A stretch of DNA of 64,000 nucleotides, taken from assembly GCA_001822075.1 (NCBI GenBank), contig MHPK01000002.1, positions 11,872 to 75,871 of the forward strand, in the 5' to 3' direction. The DNA is from Candidatus Staskawiczbacteria bacterium RIFOXYB1_FULL_38_37 (GTDB taxonomy: Bacteria; Patescibacteriota; Minisyncoccia; Minisyncoccales; Staskawiczbacteraceae). The position numbers were made by a program, and so were the translations under genes. The notes beneath the pieces are model-generated. The model had not been told where the DNA came from. It did not search any database and worked only from the letters and a program-made list of their open reading frames with translations. This document shows, in pieces, positions 42,014-51,129 of the stretch. Position 1 is the first letter of the stretch, and every line of letters starts with the position of its first letter.

Positions 42014-42878
42014 AAAAAGGATTGTGGCGTCTTTAACAGTTAAAAACGGGATGGTTGTCCAAAGCATCGGATTTAATAAGTATTTGCCCATCGGCAGAGT
42101 TGATATTTCTGTTGAGTTTCTAAACAAGTGGGGAATAGATGAAATTGTTCTGCTTGACATTGATGCGACAAATCAGAACAGAAATCCTAATTTTAACATG
42201 GTTACTGAAGCTTCCAAAAAAAGTTTCGTTCCGCTAACTGTGGGCGGCGGAATTAAAAATTTAGAAGACATTAGAAAGCTTATTCATTTTGGAGCAGACA
42301 AAATTTCAATAAATAAAGTTGCTTTAACCAGCCCCAAAATTATAAAAGAGGCTTCAGAGGTTTTTGGAAACCAGTGCATAGTTGTTTCAATTGATGTTAG
42401 AAAAAATAAAAATCGTTATGAGGTTTATTCAGACAACGGTAAAAATCCCACCGGGTTGAATCCTGTGAAATGGGCGAAAGAAGCAGAAAAATTAGGAGCA
42501 GGAGAAATACTTTTAAATTCGATAGACAGAGATGGGTTAAAGCTTGGTTATGATTTAAGCATAATCAAGAGAGTAGCTAATTCCGTTTCTATTCCCGTTA
42601 TCTGCGCTGGAGGCGCGGGGCATCCGAAACATTTTTTAAAAGTCTTTATGAAAACAAAGGCAATGGCAGCCGCCGCCGGAAATTTTTTCCATTTTACAGA
42701 ACACAGTCCGATAGTTGTTAAATCTTATCTTTTGAAAAATGGAGCAGACGCAAGGCTGGATACTTACGCTGATTATAAAGGAATAAATTTTATTGAAGAA
42801 TCCGGCAGAATATCAAAAAGACAGGACAATTATTTAGACAGGATTAGATTTGAATATATATTAGATGAGATTATATAG
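42006..42878 (+). CDS. hisF: Imidazole-glycerol-phosphate-synthase-like cyclase subunit (HisF paralogue)
   Basis: DIDAT, TVGGGIKN, GADKISIN, GAGEILLNSIDRDG. Confidence 0.85.
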   Translation: MLKKRIVASLTVKNGMVVQSIGFNKYLPIGRVDISVEFLNKWGIDEIVLLDIDATNQNRNPNFNMVTEASKKSFVPLTVGGGIKNLEDIRKLIHFGADKISINKVALTSPKIIKEASEVFGNQCIVVSIDVRKNKNRYEVYSDNGKNPTGLNPVKWAKEAEKLGAGEILLNSIDRDGLKLGYDLSIIKRVANSVSIPVICAGGAGHPKHFLKVFMKTKAMAAAAGNFFHFTEHSPIVVKSYLLKNGADARLDTYADYKGINFIEESGRISKRQDNYLDRIRFEYILDEII

Positions 42879-42892
42879 AAAATAAATTTATT

Positions 42893-44149
42893 ATGCGATA
42901 TTGTAAAAGATGTTTATATCCTGAAAATCATCCTCTTGGCATAGTTTTTGATGACCAGGGAGTTTGTTCTGGATGCAGAATCCACGATGAAAAAGATATT
43001 ATTGATTGGAAAGAAAGAGGTAAAAAATTGAGAGAAATACTTAATAAATTCAGGAATAAAGACAATAAAAATTATGACTGCATAATTCCGGTCAGCGGGG
43101 CCAGGGATTCATATTTTATAGTCCACATTATAAAAAATGTTTATAAGATGCACCCCTTGCTCGTTTCATATAATAAGCAATATAACACCAAAAGAGGAAT
43201 AAGAAATTTGGCATATTTAAGGACGATTTTCGGTTGCGATTTCAATATGCTTACGGTTTCTCCTATCACAGTTAAAAAAATAACCCGCTATACCGTTAAA
43301 AAGCTGGCGAGCATTTATTGGCATTGTTTGGCCGGCCAGACAGTATTTCCTGTCCAAATAGCGGTGCGGCTTAAAATCCCTTTGATTATCTGGGGCGTTC
43401 ATCAGGGGTGCGACCAAGTAGGAATGTTTTCTCATTTAGACGAAGTAGAGATGACAAGAAAATACAGAAAAAACCACGACCTTATGGGTTTTGAGGCGGA
43501 AGACTTAATAGATGGAAAAGAAGGCATAACAGAGAATGATGTTCAGGCCTTTAAGTATCCGCACGACAAAGAAATTGAGAAAGTGGGAGTCAGAGGCATT
43601 TATCTGGGCAATTATATCCGCTGGGATTCAAAAAAACAGCACGAGCTGATGATTAAATTATATGGTTACGAGACGGCAGAGCAGCGCAGAACATTTGATG
43701 CTTATAACGACGTTGACTGCTTTAATTATTCAGACCTGCATGACTACATAAAATTTTTAAAGTGGGGGTATGGAAAAGTTACAGACCAAGCCTCAAGAGA
43801 AATACGGTTAAAAAAATTAACCAGGCAAGAGGGCGTAGAATTAGTAAAAAAATATCAAAACATTTTACCGTCAGAAAAGAGCCTAAAACTTTTTTTAGAT
43901 TGGCTGGGAATGGCTGAAAAAGATTTTTTCAAATATATTGATGAAAAAAGAGACCCAAGAATATGGAAAAAAGAAAAGGGAAAATGGAAACTTTTAGATT
44001 CAATAATAGACCATGTTAATGACCAAGGAGTTGACAAAGGCCTTAAGAAAAAAGAAAATTGTAAATTTATTATAACGTCTGCCAGAGGCCTAAAATCAAA
44101 AGAAGATAAATATGTTTTAATAGGCAGGGGCTGGTCAGATAAAAATTAA
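42893..44149 (+). CDS. N-acetyl sugar amidotransferase (WbpG/PseA/WbuX family), copy 2
   Basis: MRYCKRCLYPENHPLGIVFDDQGVCSGCRIH, IIPVSGARDS. Paralogue of 40254-41375. Confidence 0.75.
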   Translation: MRYCKRCLYPENHPLGIVFDDQGVCSGCRIHDEKDIIDWKERGKKLREILNKFRNKDNKNYDCIIPVSGARDSYFIVHIIKNVYKMHPLLVSYNKQYNTKRGIRNLAYLRTIFGCDFNMLTVSPITVKKITRYTVKKLASIYWHCLAGQTVFPVQIAVRLKIPLIIWGVHQGCDQVGMFSHLDEVEMTRKYRKNHDLMGFEAEDLIDGKEGITENDVQAFKYPHDKEIEKVGVRGIYLGNYIRWDSKKQHELMIKLYGYETAEQRRTFDAYNDVDCFNYSDLHDYIKFLKWGYGKVTDQASREIRLKKLTRQEGVELVKKYQNILPSEKSLKLFLDWLGMAEKDFFKYIDEKRDPRIWKKEKGKWKLLDSIIDHVNDQGVDKGLKKKENCKFIITSARGLKSKEDKYVLIGRGWSDKN

Positions 44150-44158
44150 AAATTAAAA

Positions 44159-45427
44159 ATGAAAAAAGTTTTGCCGCCATACAATTCAATAGGAAAGGAA
44201 GAAAAAACAGCCGTTCTAAAGGTAATGGACAGAAAGATTCTTTCTGATTTTATCGGCCATGCCGGAAAGTATTTTTTAGGAGGGAAATATGTAAAAGAAT
44301 TGGAAAAAAGATTCTGTAATTATTTTGTGGTAAAATACGCTGTAAGCTTTAATTCGGCTTCAACGGCTTTGCAGGCAGCCGTAGGGGCTTTAGGAATAGG
44401 CCCCGGAGATGAAGTGATAACTTCGCCATATACAATGTCAGCCACAGCTTCAGCTATTCTTTCTAACAATGCTGTACCGGTTTTTGCTGATATCAAAGAA
44501 GACAATTTTTGTCTTGACCCGAAATCTGTAGAAAAATTAATTAATAAAAAAACCAAAGCGATATTGTCTGTAAATTTATTCGGGGGGTCTGCCGATTATA
44601 AGGAAATTTTAAGAATTGCCAGAAAATACAATATTAGGGTTATTGAAGACAACGCTCAGTCTCCGGGAGCTAAATATGGCGGAAAATTTGCAGGCACCAT
44701 CGGAGACGTTGGGATTTTCAGTTTTAATGTCCATAAAGTCATCCAATCGGGAGAGGGCGGAGTGCTGGTAACTAATAATAAAAAATACGCTTTCCGCAGC
44801 CGATTGATTAGGAACCACGGCGAGGCTATAATAAATGATTTATATAAAAAAGAAAAAATATATGAGCCGATTTTAGGCAATAATTATCGCATGACAGAAC
44901 TTCAGGCAGCTGTCGCCATAGAGCAGCTTAAAAAGCTGGATAAATTAAATAAACAAAGGATAGCATTAGCTGACTATTTGTCAAAAAAGCTTAAAAAATT
45001 TCCTTGGCTAATGCCTCCGCAAATTAATAAAAATAGCATTCACGTTTATTATGTTTATCCGGTCAGGTTCTTGCCAGAAAAAATAAAAATAAAAAGGTCT
45101 ACTTTTGTGAAAGCCATGGAATTAGAGGGATTCGGCTTTAACGAAGGGTATCAAGAGCCTCTTTACTTATTCCCCATTTATCAGAAGAAAGAAATTTATC
45201 CTAATTCTAAATTCCCCTTTGTCTCAGAAGAATATCCGCACGATATAAATTACAATAAAGGAATCTGTCCTGTGGCTGAAAAGATGTACGAGAAAGAGTT
45301 TTTGTGCACTAATATCTGCCAACCGCCACAGACGAAAAAAGAGATTGATTTATTTGTGATGGCGATAGAAAAAGTTGAAAAAAATATTAATAATTTAAAG
45401 AGACATGAGCGCCAAGAAAAAATATAA
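44159..45427 (+). CDS. DegT/DnrJ/EryC1/StrS-family PLP aminotransferase
   Basis: FSFNVHKVIQSGEGG PLP-lysine context and the family-typical N-terminus. Confidence 0.85.
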   Translation: MKKVLPPYNSIGKEEKTAVLKVMDRKILSDFIGHAGKYFLGGKYVKELEKRFCNYFVVKYAVSFNSASTALQAAVGALGIGPGDEVITSPYTMSATASAILSNNAVPVFADIKEDNFCLDPKSVEKLINKKTKAILSVNLFGGSADYKEILRIARKYNIRVIEDNAQSPGAKYGGKFAGTIGDVGIFSFNVHKVIQSGEGGVLVTNNKKYAFRSRLIRNHGEAIINDLYKKEKIYEPILGNNYRMTELQAAVAIEQLKKLDKLNKQRIALADYLSKKLKKFPWLMPPQINKNSIHVYYVYPVRFLPEKIKIKRSTFVKAMELEGFGFNEGYQEPLYLFPIYQKKEIYPNSKFPFVSEEYPHDINYNKGICPVAEKMYEKEFLCTNICQPPQTKKEIDLFVMAIEKVEKNINNLKRHERQEKI

Positions 45428-47171
45428 AATTATTTTTGCGGCAAAAGACAAGGGAGGATTTGACGCCATTTTGCCCGTGATTAGAAAACTAAAAATAAAC
45501 AGCAAGTTTAAATTATTTATATTGTTAGATAATCCGGCCTATTTGTTTGCCAAAAAAGAAAAAATAAAGCCTTTTTTTGCCGGAAATAAACCCTCTCGGG
45601 AGATTGAGAGTCTGATAAAAAAAATAGACCCAGACATTATTTTAACCGGAACCAGCCGCGGTTTTTCTATTGAAAAAAAAATAATTAACATAGCTAAAAA
45701 ACTTAGTAAAATCAGTCTGTCTGTTGTTGATTGCATGGGAAACTATCAGGAAAGATTCGGTAAAAAATTAGAATTTCTGCCAGACTATGTTTTGGCCTTA
45801 GACCAAAACATGAAAGAAGATATAGAAAAGCAGGGAGCGCTTAAAAGCAGGATTATAGTTGCGGGCAATCCAAGGTTTGATAAGTTTTTAAATATCAAAA
45901 AATCAAAAGAAAGCAAAAACTTAATAGTATTTTATTCTCAGCCTTTTTCTGAAATAAGATACAATAGGCTAAATGAAATAGAGATATTTGAAGATGTGGT
46001 GGAAGTTATTGAAAAAAAATATCCCGATAAAAAAATTATTGTTAAGTTGCACCCTGCGGAAAAAAAATATAAAAAATTCAATAAGACGATAAAAAACACA
46101 AAACTAAATATAATAATAGAAAAAAAATTAGACCCGGACATACTAAGCAAAAAAGCAGAATTAATAATCGGCATGAATTCTGTTGTTTTATTTGACGCAG
46201 CGCTGATGGGAAAAAGGGTATTAAGCTATTGCCCTGGCGGGCGCAAGCAAGAAAATTCAATTAAAGATTTTTTAGGGAAGGAAAATTTTGCGCGCGATAA
46301 ATCAGAATTTTCCCAAAAATTAGAAAAGATTTATACAAAAAGCGCTTTGCGTCCGCAAAATTTTAAAGAATATCTTAACAGAAAATCAACAGATAAAGTG
46401 ATAAATTTTATGGAAAAGATTTTAAGAGAGAAAAAGATTGTGTGCGTTATACAGGCAAGAATGGGTTCATCCCGCTTGCCGGGCAAAGTAATGTTTGATT
46501 TGCTTGGGAAGCCGGTTTTGCTGCACGTTGTTGACAGGGTTTTAGACGCTAAAAAACTCGATCATATCATAGTGGCCACCACAACAAAAAAAAGAGACGA
46601 CGCGATTGTAAAACTAATAAAAGGCTATCATCCCAACGTAAGCATTTTTAGGGGGCCAGAAATGGACCTTTTGGATAGGTATTATAAAGCAGTTGAAAAA
46701 TATAAGCCTAGAATAATTGTGAGAATTACAGCTGATTGCCCTTTAATAGACCCCGAAATCATAGACAAAGTTACAGAAGCCGCAATAAAGCTTAAAGCAG
46801 ATTATGTCTCCAATACGCTTAATAAAAGAACATATCCCAGGGGATTAGATGTAGATGCTTTTTCTTTCGGCTTGCTAAAAGAACTGCAGGAAAACGTAAT
46901 ATGGAATCTTGATAGAGAACACGTTATTCTTTTTACAAGAAGGAACCCCAGCTTATTTAAATGTAAAACAATCATAAACAAAAAAGATTATTCTTCTTAC
47001 AGAATAACATTAGACGAAAAAGACGATTATAGGCTGATTAAAAAAATATACCAGAAAATTTATCCACACAATCCGGATTTTAGAATGAAAGACATTATTA
47101 ATCTTTTTGAAAAAGAGCCAAAGCTTACTAAAATAAACCAATATGTTGAACAAAAGAACCCACACTTCTAA
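45405..47171 (+). CDS. Two-domain protein: N-terminal approx 335-aa Rossmann/GT-B-like domain (possibly PseG/SpsG-type) fused to a C-terminal SpsF-type cytidylyltransferase
   Basis: C-terminal domain KIVCVIQARMGSSRLPGKV...ITADCPLIDP. The N-domain has no firm motif. Confidence 0.6.
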   Translation: MSAKKKYKIIFAAKDKGGFDAILPVIRKLKINSKFKLFILLDNPAYLFAKKEKIKPFFAGNKPSREIESLIKKIDPDIILTGTSRGFSIEKKIINIAKKLSKISLSVVDCMGNYQERFGKKLEFLPDYVLALDQNMKEDIEKQGALKSRIIVAGNPRFDKFLNIKKSKESKNLIVFYSQPFSEIRYNRLNEIEIFEDVVEVIEKKYPDKKIIVKLHPAEKKYKKFNKTIKNTKLNIIIEKKLDPDILSKKAELIIGMNSVVLFDAALMGKRVLSYCPGGRKQENSIKDFLGKENFARDKSEFSQKLEKIYTKSALRPQNFKEYLNRKSTDKVINFMEKILREKKIVCVIQARMGSSRLPGKVMFDLLGKPVLLHVVDRVLDAKKLDHIIVATTTKKRDDAIVKLIKGYHPNVSIFRGPEMDLLDRYYKAVEKYKPRIIVRITADCPLIDPEIIDKVTEAAIKLKADYVSNTLNKRTYPRGLDVDAFSFGLLKELQENVIWNLDREHVILFTRRNPSLFKCKTIINKKDYSSYRITLDEKDDYRLIKKIYQKIYPHNPDFRMKDIINLFEKEPKLTKINQYVEQKNPHF

Positions 47172-47976
47172 AAAGCTGAAAATTGTTGCTTGCATTCAGG
47201 CAAGAATGGGCTCAAAAAGGCTTAAGAAAAAAGCCCTGCTTAAAATCAGGAATAAAACCATAATTCAAATTATTATTGACAGGCTGAAAAAGAGCAAAGA
47301 GGTTGATGATATTATCCTTTGCACTTGCGATACTAAAGAAAATGATATTTTAGCAGAACACGCCAAAAGCATCGGCTTGAAATGCTATAGGGGAAGCGAA
47401 AGCGATTTAATATCAAGGCATCTGGGTGCTGTACAAAAAATGAAAGCCGACGCTATTTTGAAAATAACAGCAGATTGCCCATTAGCAGATTCAAAGCTTG
47501 TTGATAGAATCTCCGCGTTTTATAGGAAAAATTATAAAAAATTTGACTTTATAACAAACTGTTTTCCTCCGACATATCCTGATGGCTTGGATATTAACAT
47601 AGTGCCGACGCGCGTTTTAGAAAAACTGGATAAAGAAATTAAAAATCCCTTATACAGAGAATATTTTGTAACTTACATTATGGAAAATCCCGGGAAATTC
47701 AGGATATATAATTTCAGGAATTCTAAAGATATGTCTTATCTAAGATGGACGTTAGATTATCCGGAAGACCTAAATGTTATTAAGAAGATATTCGGTTATT
47801 TCAAAAAAGAAGAAGGATTTTTCATGGCAGACATCTTGAAGCTTATAAAGAAAAACCCGGGAATTTCAAAGATAAACGAAGGAAGAGTAGATAAAGTTAT
47901 CATTCGCAACATAAGAAGCGGCGTTTATCACGAAGAAATTAAAAAAATAAAAAAACAAAAGCATGAACCCCGTTAG
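47143..47976 (+). CDS. SpsF-type cytidylyltransferase (CTP_transf_3-like), second copy
   Basis: KIVACIQARMGSKRLKKK...ITADCPLADS. The stop codon TAG lies inside the inverted-repeat element terminus. Confidence 0.7.
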   Translation: MLNKRTHTSKKLKIVACIQARMGSKRLKKKALLKIRNKTIIQIIIDRLKKSKEVDDIILCTCDTKENDILAEHAKSIGLKCYRGSESDLISRHLGAVQKMKADAILKITADCPLADSKLVDRISAFYRKNYKKFDFITNCFPPTYPDGLDINIVPTRVLEKLDKEIKNPLYREYFVTYIMENPGKFRIYNFRNSKDMSYLRWTLDYPEDLNVIKKIFGYFKKEEGFFMADILKLIKKNPGISKINEGRVDKVIIRNIRSGVYHEEIKKIKKQKHEPR

Positions 47977-48068
47977 AAGTCAAATAAAAAACGGGGCAAG
48001 TAAACACTAAAGAGTTCGTCTGAAATTAATTATGCATAAATTATATAAAGACAAACTTCTAACGGGGT
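47967..48068. repeat. Small inverted-repeat element, copy 2 (ACCCCGTTAGAAGT ... ACTTCTAACGGGGT)
   Basis: Perfect 14-bp terminal inverted repeat at 47967-47980 / 48055-48068. The same ACCCCGTTAGAA terminus as copy 1, with unrelated interiors. Confidence 0.7.
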
Positions 48069-48666
48069 GAATAAAACATATTTTTTAAAAGGCATAAATG
48101 TAATCTTGAAGCCGATTGAAACAAAAGATCTGTCAAAAACAGCGGCTTTTATTGAGAAATGGGTTAACGACGAAGTCGTGACCTATTATCTTTTTACGGG
48201 TCAAAGGCCTAAAAACAAAAAACAAATCATAGAAGATTTAAAAAGGCATCAGGAATCAGAAAATAATGTTATTTTTCTTGTTGCCGACTCGGCAACAGAA
48301 AAAAGCATTGGATATGCCGGTCTTTATGATATTAATCTTACTGCCAGAAAAGCAGAGTTTAGAGTTTTAATAGGCGAAAAAGAATTCTGGGGAAAGGGAT
48401 ACGGAACAGAAATTACAGAATTATTAACTTATTACGGCTTTGATAGATTAAATCTTAATAGAATCTATTTAGGCTGTACGGCCGACAATAAGGGAGCCGG
48501 AAAGGCCTATGAGAAGGCAGGGTATGTTTATGAGGGAACTTTAAAAGAGGACATTTATAGAAACAGCAGATATTATGATTCAATAAAGATGGCTATTTTG
48601 AGAAAAGATTATTATAAAAAATTTCATAAAATATATTCAAAAAAATTTTCCATCATAAAGAAATGA
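48067..48666 (+). CDS. GNAT N-acetyltransferase (RimJ/RimL-like)
   Basis: WGKGYGTEITELLTYYGFDRLNLNRIYLGCTADNKGAGKAYEKAGYVYEG. The GTG start is formed by the right end of the inverted-repeat element. Confidence 0.75.
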   Translation: MNKTYFLKGINVILKPIETKDLSKTAAFIEKWVNDEVVTYYLFTGQRPKNKKQIIEDLKRHQESENNVIFLVADSATEKSIGYAGLYDINLTARKAEFRVLIGEKEFWGKGYGTEITELLTYYGFDRLNLNRIYLGCTADNKGAGKAYEKAGYVYEGTLKEDIYRNSRYYDSIKMAILRKDYYKKFHKIYSKKFSIIKK

Positions 48667-49667
48667 AAAAAAATAAAAAATATAAAGTAGCGATTATCGG
48701 CTCTGGAAAAATAGCGATAGAAGTTGATAATTATTCTAAAATAACTCAGCCGGCCACCCACGCCGGCGCGTTCCAGCTGCACCCGAGGACAGAAATAGTC
48801 GGATTTTCAGATATATATAAAGAAAGATTGTACAAGACTCAAAAATATTTTCCCGGCATTCCTGTTTTTCTTTCAACAGAAAGGATGTTAAAAGAAACAA
48901 GGCCGGACATTGTTTCCATCGCCACTTATCCTAATTCCCATTTAGGGTTGATTAAATTAGCGATAAAAAACAAAGTAAAAGGGATTGTTTGCGAGAAGCC
49001 GATGGCTGACACCCTGAAAGACGCAAAAGAGATAATAAAAATTTGCAGGGGTGGCAAAGTCGTCTTGCTTATAAATCATATGCGCAGATTTGACCCTTTA
49101 ATTAGAGAATGGCAGAAAGAAATAAAAAACGGCTTAATAGGAGATATTGTACAGTCCACTTGCTATTATTATAACGGGCTTTTGAACAACGGCACCCACA
49201 CAATCGACCTCTTAAGATTTTTTTTAGGAGAAATAAAGTGGGTTAGGGGAATAATAAATAAGGAAACCACAGTTTCAAAAAGAGACCAAAATATTGACGG
49301 AGTGGTCGGCTTTGAAAACGGGACTAGGGCTTTTTTGCAAACCCTGCCCAAAAACTATGGATTTTCAAGTTATTATTTTTATGGGACAAAAGGAAGATTT
49401 TTGATAAAGAACGCCGGATATAAAATAGAGCTGCGAAAATTAATAGAGAATAAAAATTACAAAAATTATTACCAGCTGTCTGAGCCGATTATACAAAAAG
49501 GGAGGCTAAGGAGTTTTATGATGCCCATGGCAAACCATATAGTAGCTTGTCTTGACGGCGAGGAAGAGCCATTAGACACGGGAGAAGATGGTTTAGCGGC
49601 TATAAAAATTGTTTCTGCTTTAAGAAAAAGCGCGAAAGATAACGGTAAAATTGTAAAGTTAAATTAA
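48663..49667 (+). CDS. Gfo/Idh/MocA-family NAD(P) oxidoreductase (WbpB-like)
   Basis: YKVAIIGSGKIA Rossmann motif and the EKPMADTLKDAKEII motif. Confidence 0.8.
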   Translation: MKKNKKYKVAIIGSGKIAIEVDNYSKITQPATHAGAFQLHPRTEIVGFSDIYKERLYKTQKYFPGIPVFLSTERMLKETRPDIVSIATYPNSHLGLIKLAIKNKVKGIVCEKPMADTLKDAKEIIKICRGGKVVLLINHMRRFDPLIREWQKEIKNGLIGDIVQSTCYYYNGLLNNGTHTIDLLRFFLGEIKWVRGIINKETTVSKRDQNIDGVVGFENGTRAFLQTLPKNYGFSSYYFYGTKGRFLIKNAGYKIELRKLIENKNYKNYYQLSEPIIQKGRLRSFMMPMANHIVACLDGEEEPLDTGEDGLAAIKIVSALRKSAKDNGKIVKLN

Positions 49668-51121
49668 TGTACTCATATTTGAAATTTATAAAACAAATTT
49701 TGCTAATTGGATTTATTGAGCTGTTGGGCATTTTGCAGACTATAATTTTTTTACCTGTTATTACCAAGCTTTTGGGGGTAGAGGATTATGGCATATGGAC
49801 TCAAATAAAGATTACAGTAAGCCTGCTTGTTCCCTTTACCTTTTTAGGTTTGCATGAGGCCTTGGTAAGATTTTTGCCGGGTGAAAAGAATAGAGAAAAA
49901 ATTCAAGAAGGAATTTATTCTTCTTTAGTTTTAGTATTTTTGGCAAATTTATTAATTGTTATCTTAATTTTTGCCCTTTCAGACCAGCTTGTTTATTTTT
50001 TAAAGTTTAATTCAGCATTCATAAAATTTTTATCTTTGATAGTTATTTTTGAAGCCCTGAATACGATTCTTTTAACGGTGACAAGGGCGTTTCGAGACAT
50101 ATGGAAATATTTTTGGTTTGCGTTTTTAAAATTGTTCGGGGAAATTGGTTTGGTGGTACTGGCTGTATTCTTGGGTTATGGTTTATATGGAGCAGTTATC
50201 TCTTTACTGCTTATTAGGGTAATCCTTTTCTTTGTTTTGTCTATCTATGTTTTGGCGAAAACCGGCATTAAGATGCCTATTTTTTCTTTGGCAAAAGATT
50301 ATTTATCTTTCGGCCTCCCCACGGCGGTGGACGGAATTTCTTATTGGGTAATAACTTCCGTTGACCGCTATTTTATAGGGTTTTTTTGGGGCATACTTTT
50401 TGTAGGATATTATGCGCCAGCTTATTCTTTGGGAACCCTTTTAACCGCTTTTCTTTTCCCCGTTGCTTTTATGCTGTCTGTTGTTTTGCCCAAAGCATTT
50501 GACGAGGACAAAATAGAGGAAGTAAAAAATTATTTGAGCTACTCTCTAAAATATTTTTTGTTGATAGCGGTTCCTGCGGGATTTGGTATGTCCGTTCTCT
50601 CAAAACAGCTGCTTTTGATATTATCAACAAAAGAAATAGCAGATAGCGCCCATTCTATAGTTCCCTTTATTTCGGTTAGTATCATCTTTTACGGCATTTC
50701 TTACTTTTTCAGCGAAGTGCTTATTTTAGCTAAAAAAACAAAAACTATAGCTTTGGTATGGACGGTCGGAGCTCTTCTCAATTTTATATTGAATATAATT
50801 TTTATCCCGTCTTTCGGGATTTTAGCCGCCGCCATCACCACTCTCGCCTCTTATTCATTATGCCTCATATTAATGGCGTATTTCTCGAAAAAAGAGCTCA
50901 AATTTAATATTGATTTTATTTTTATGATAAAAACCATATTGGCCTCAGTCCCAATGGCCATATTAATATTATTTTTTAATCCCCAGGGATTTTTTCACGT
51001 TTGCCTTTCAGTATTATTAGGAGCTGTAATTTACTTTATATTGATATTCTTTTTTAAAGGTCTTGGCAGAAAAGAAATTATTTTTTTAGAAAATTTAATA
51101 ATTCCTTCTGTCAAGGGTTAA
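49667..51121 (+). CDS. Oligosaccharide flippase (Wzx / MOP superfamily)
   Basis: 484 aa, about 12-14 TM segments, typical polysaccharide-biosynthesis-protein layout. Confidence 0.7.
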   Translation: MYSYLKFIKQILLIGFIELLGILQTIIFLPVITKLLGVEDYGIWTQIKITVSLLVPFTFLGLHEALVRFLPGEKNREKIQEGIYSSLVLVFLANLLIVILIFALSDQLVYFLKFNSAFIKFLSLIVIFEALNTILLTVTRAFRDIWKYFWFAFLKLFGEIGLVVLAVFLGYGLYGAVISLLLIRVILFFVLSIYVLAKTGIKMPIFSLAKDYLSFGLPTAVDGISYWVITSVDRYFIGFFWGILFVGYYAPAYSLGTLLTAFLFPVAFMLSVVLPKAFDEDKIEEVKNYLSYSLKYFLLIAVPAGFGMSVLSKQLLLILSTKEIADSAHSIVPFISVSIIFYGISYFFSEVLILAKKTKTIALVWTVGALLNFILNIIFIPSFGILAAAITTLASYSLCLILMAYFSKKELKFNIDFIFMIKTILASVPMAILILFFNPQGFFHVCLSVLLGAVIYFILIFFFKGLGRKEIIFLENLIIPSVKG

Positions 51122-51129
51122 GTAAAATT

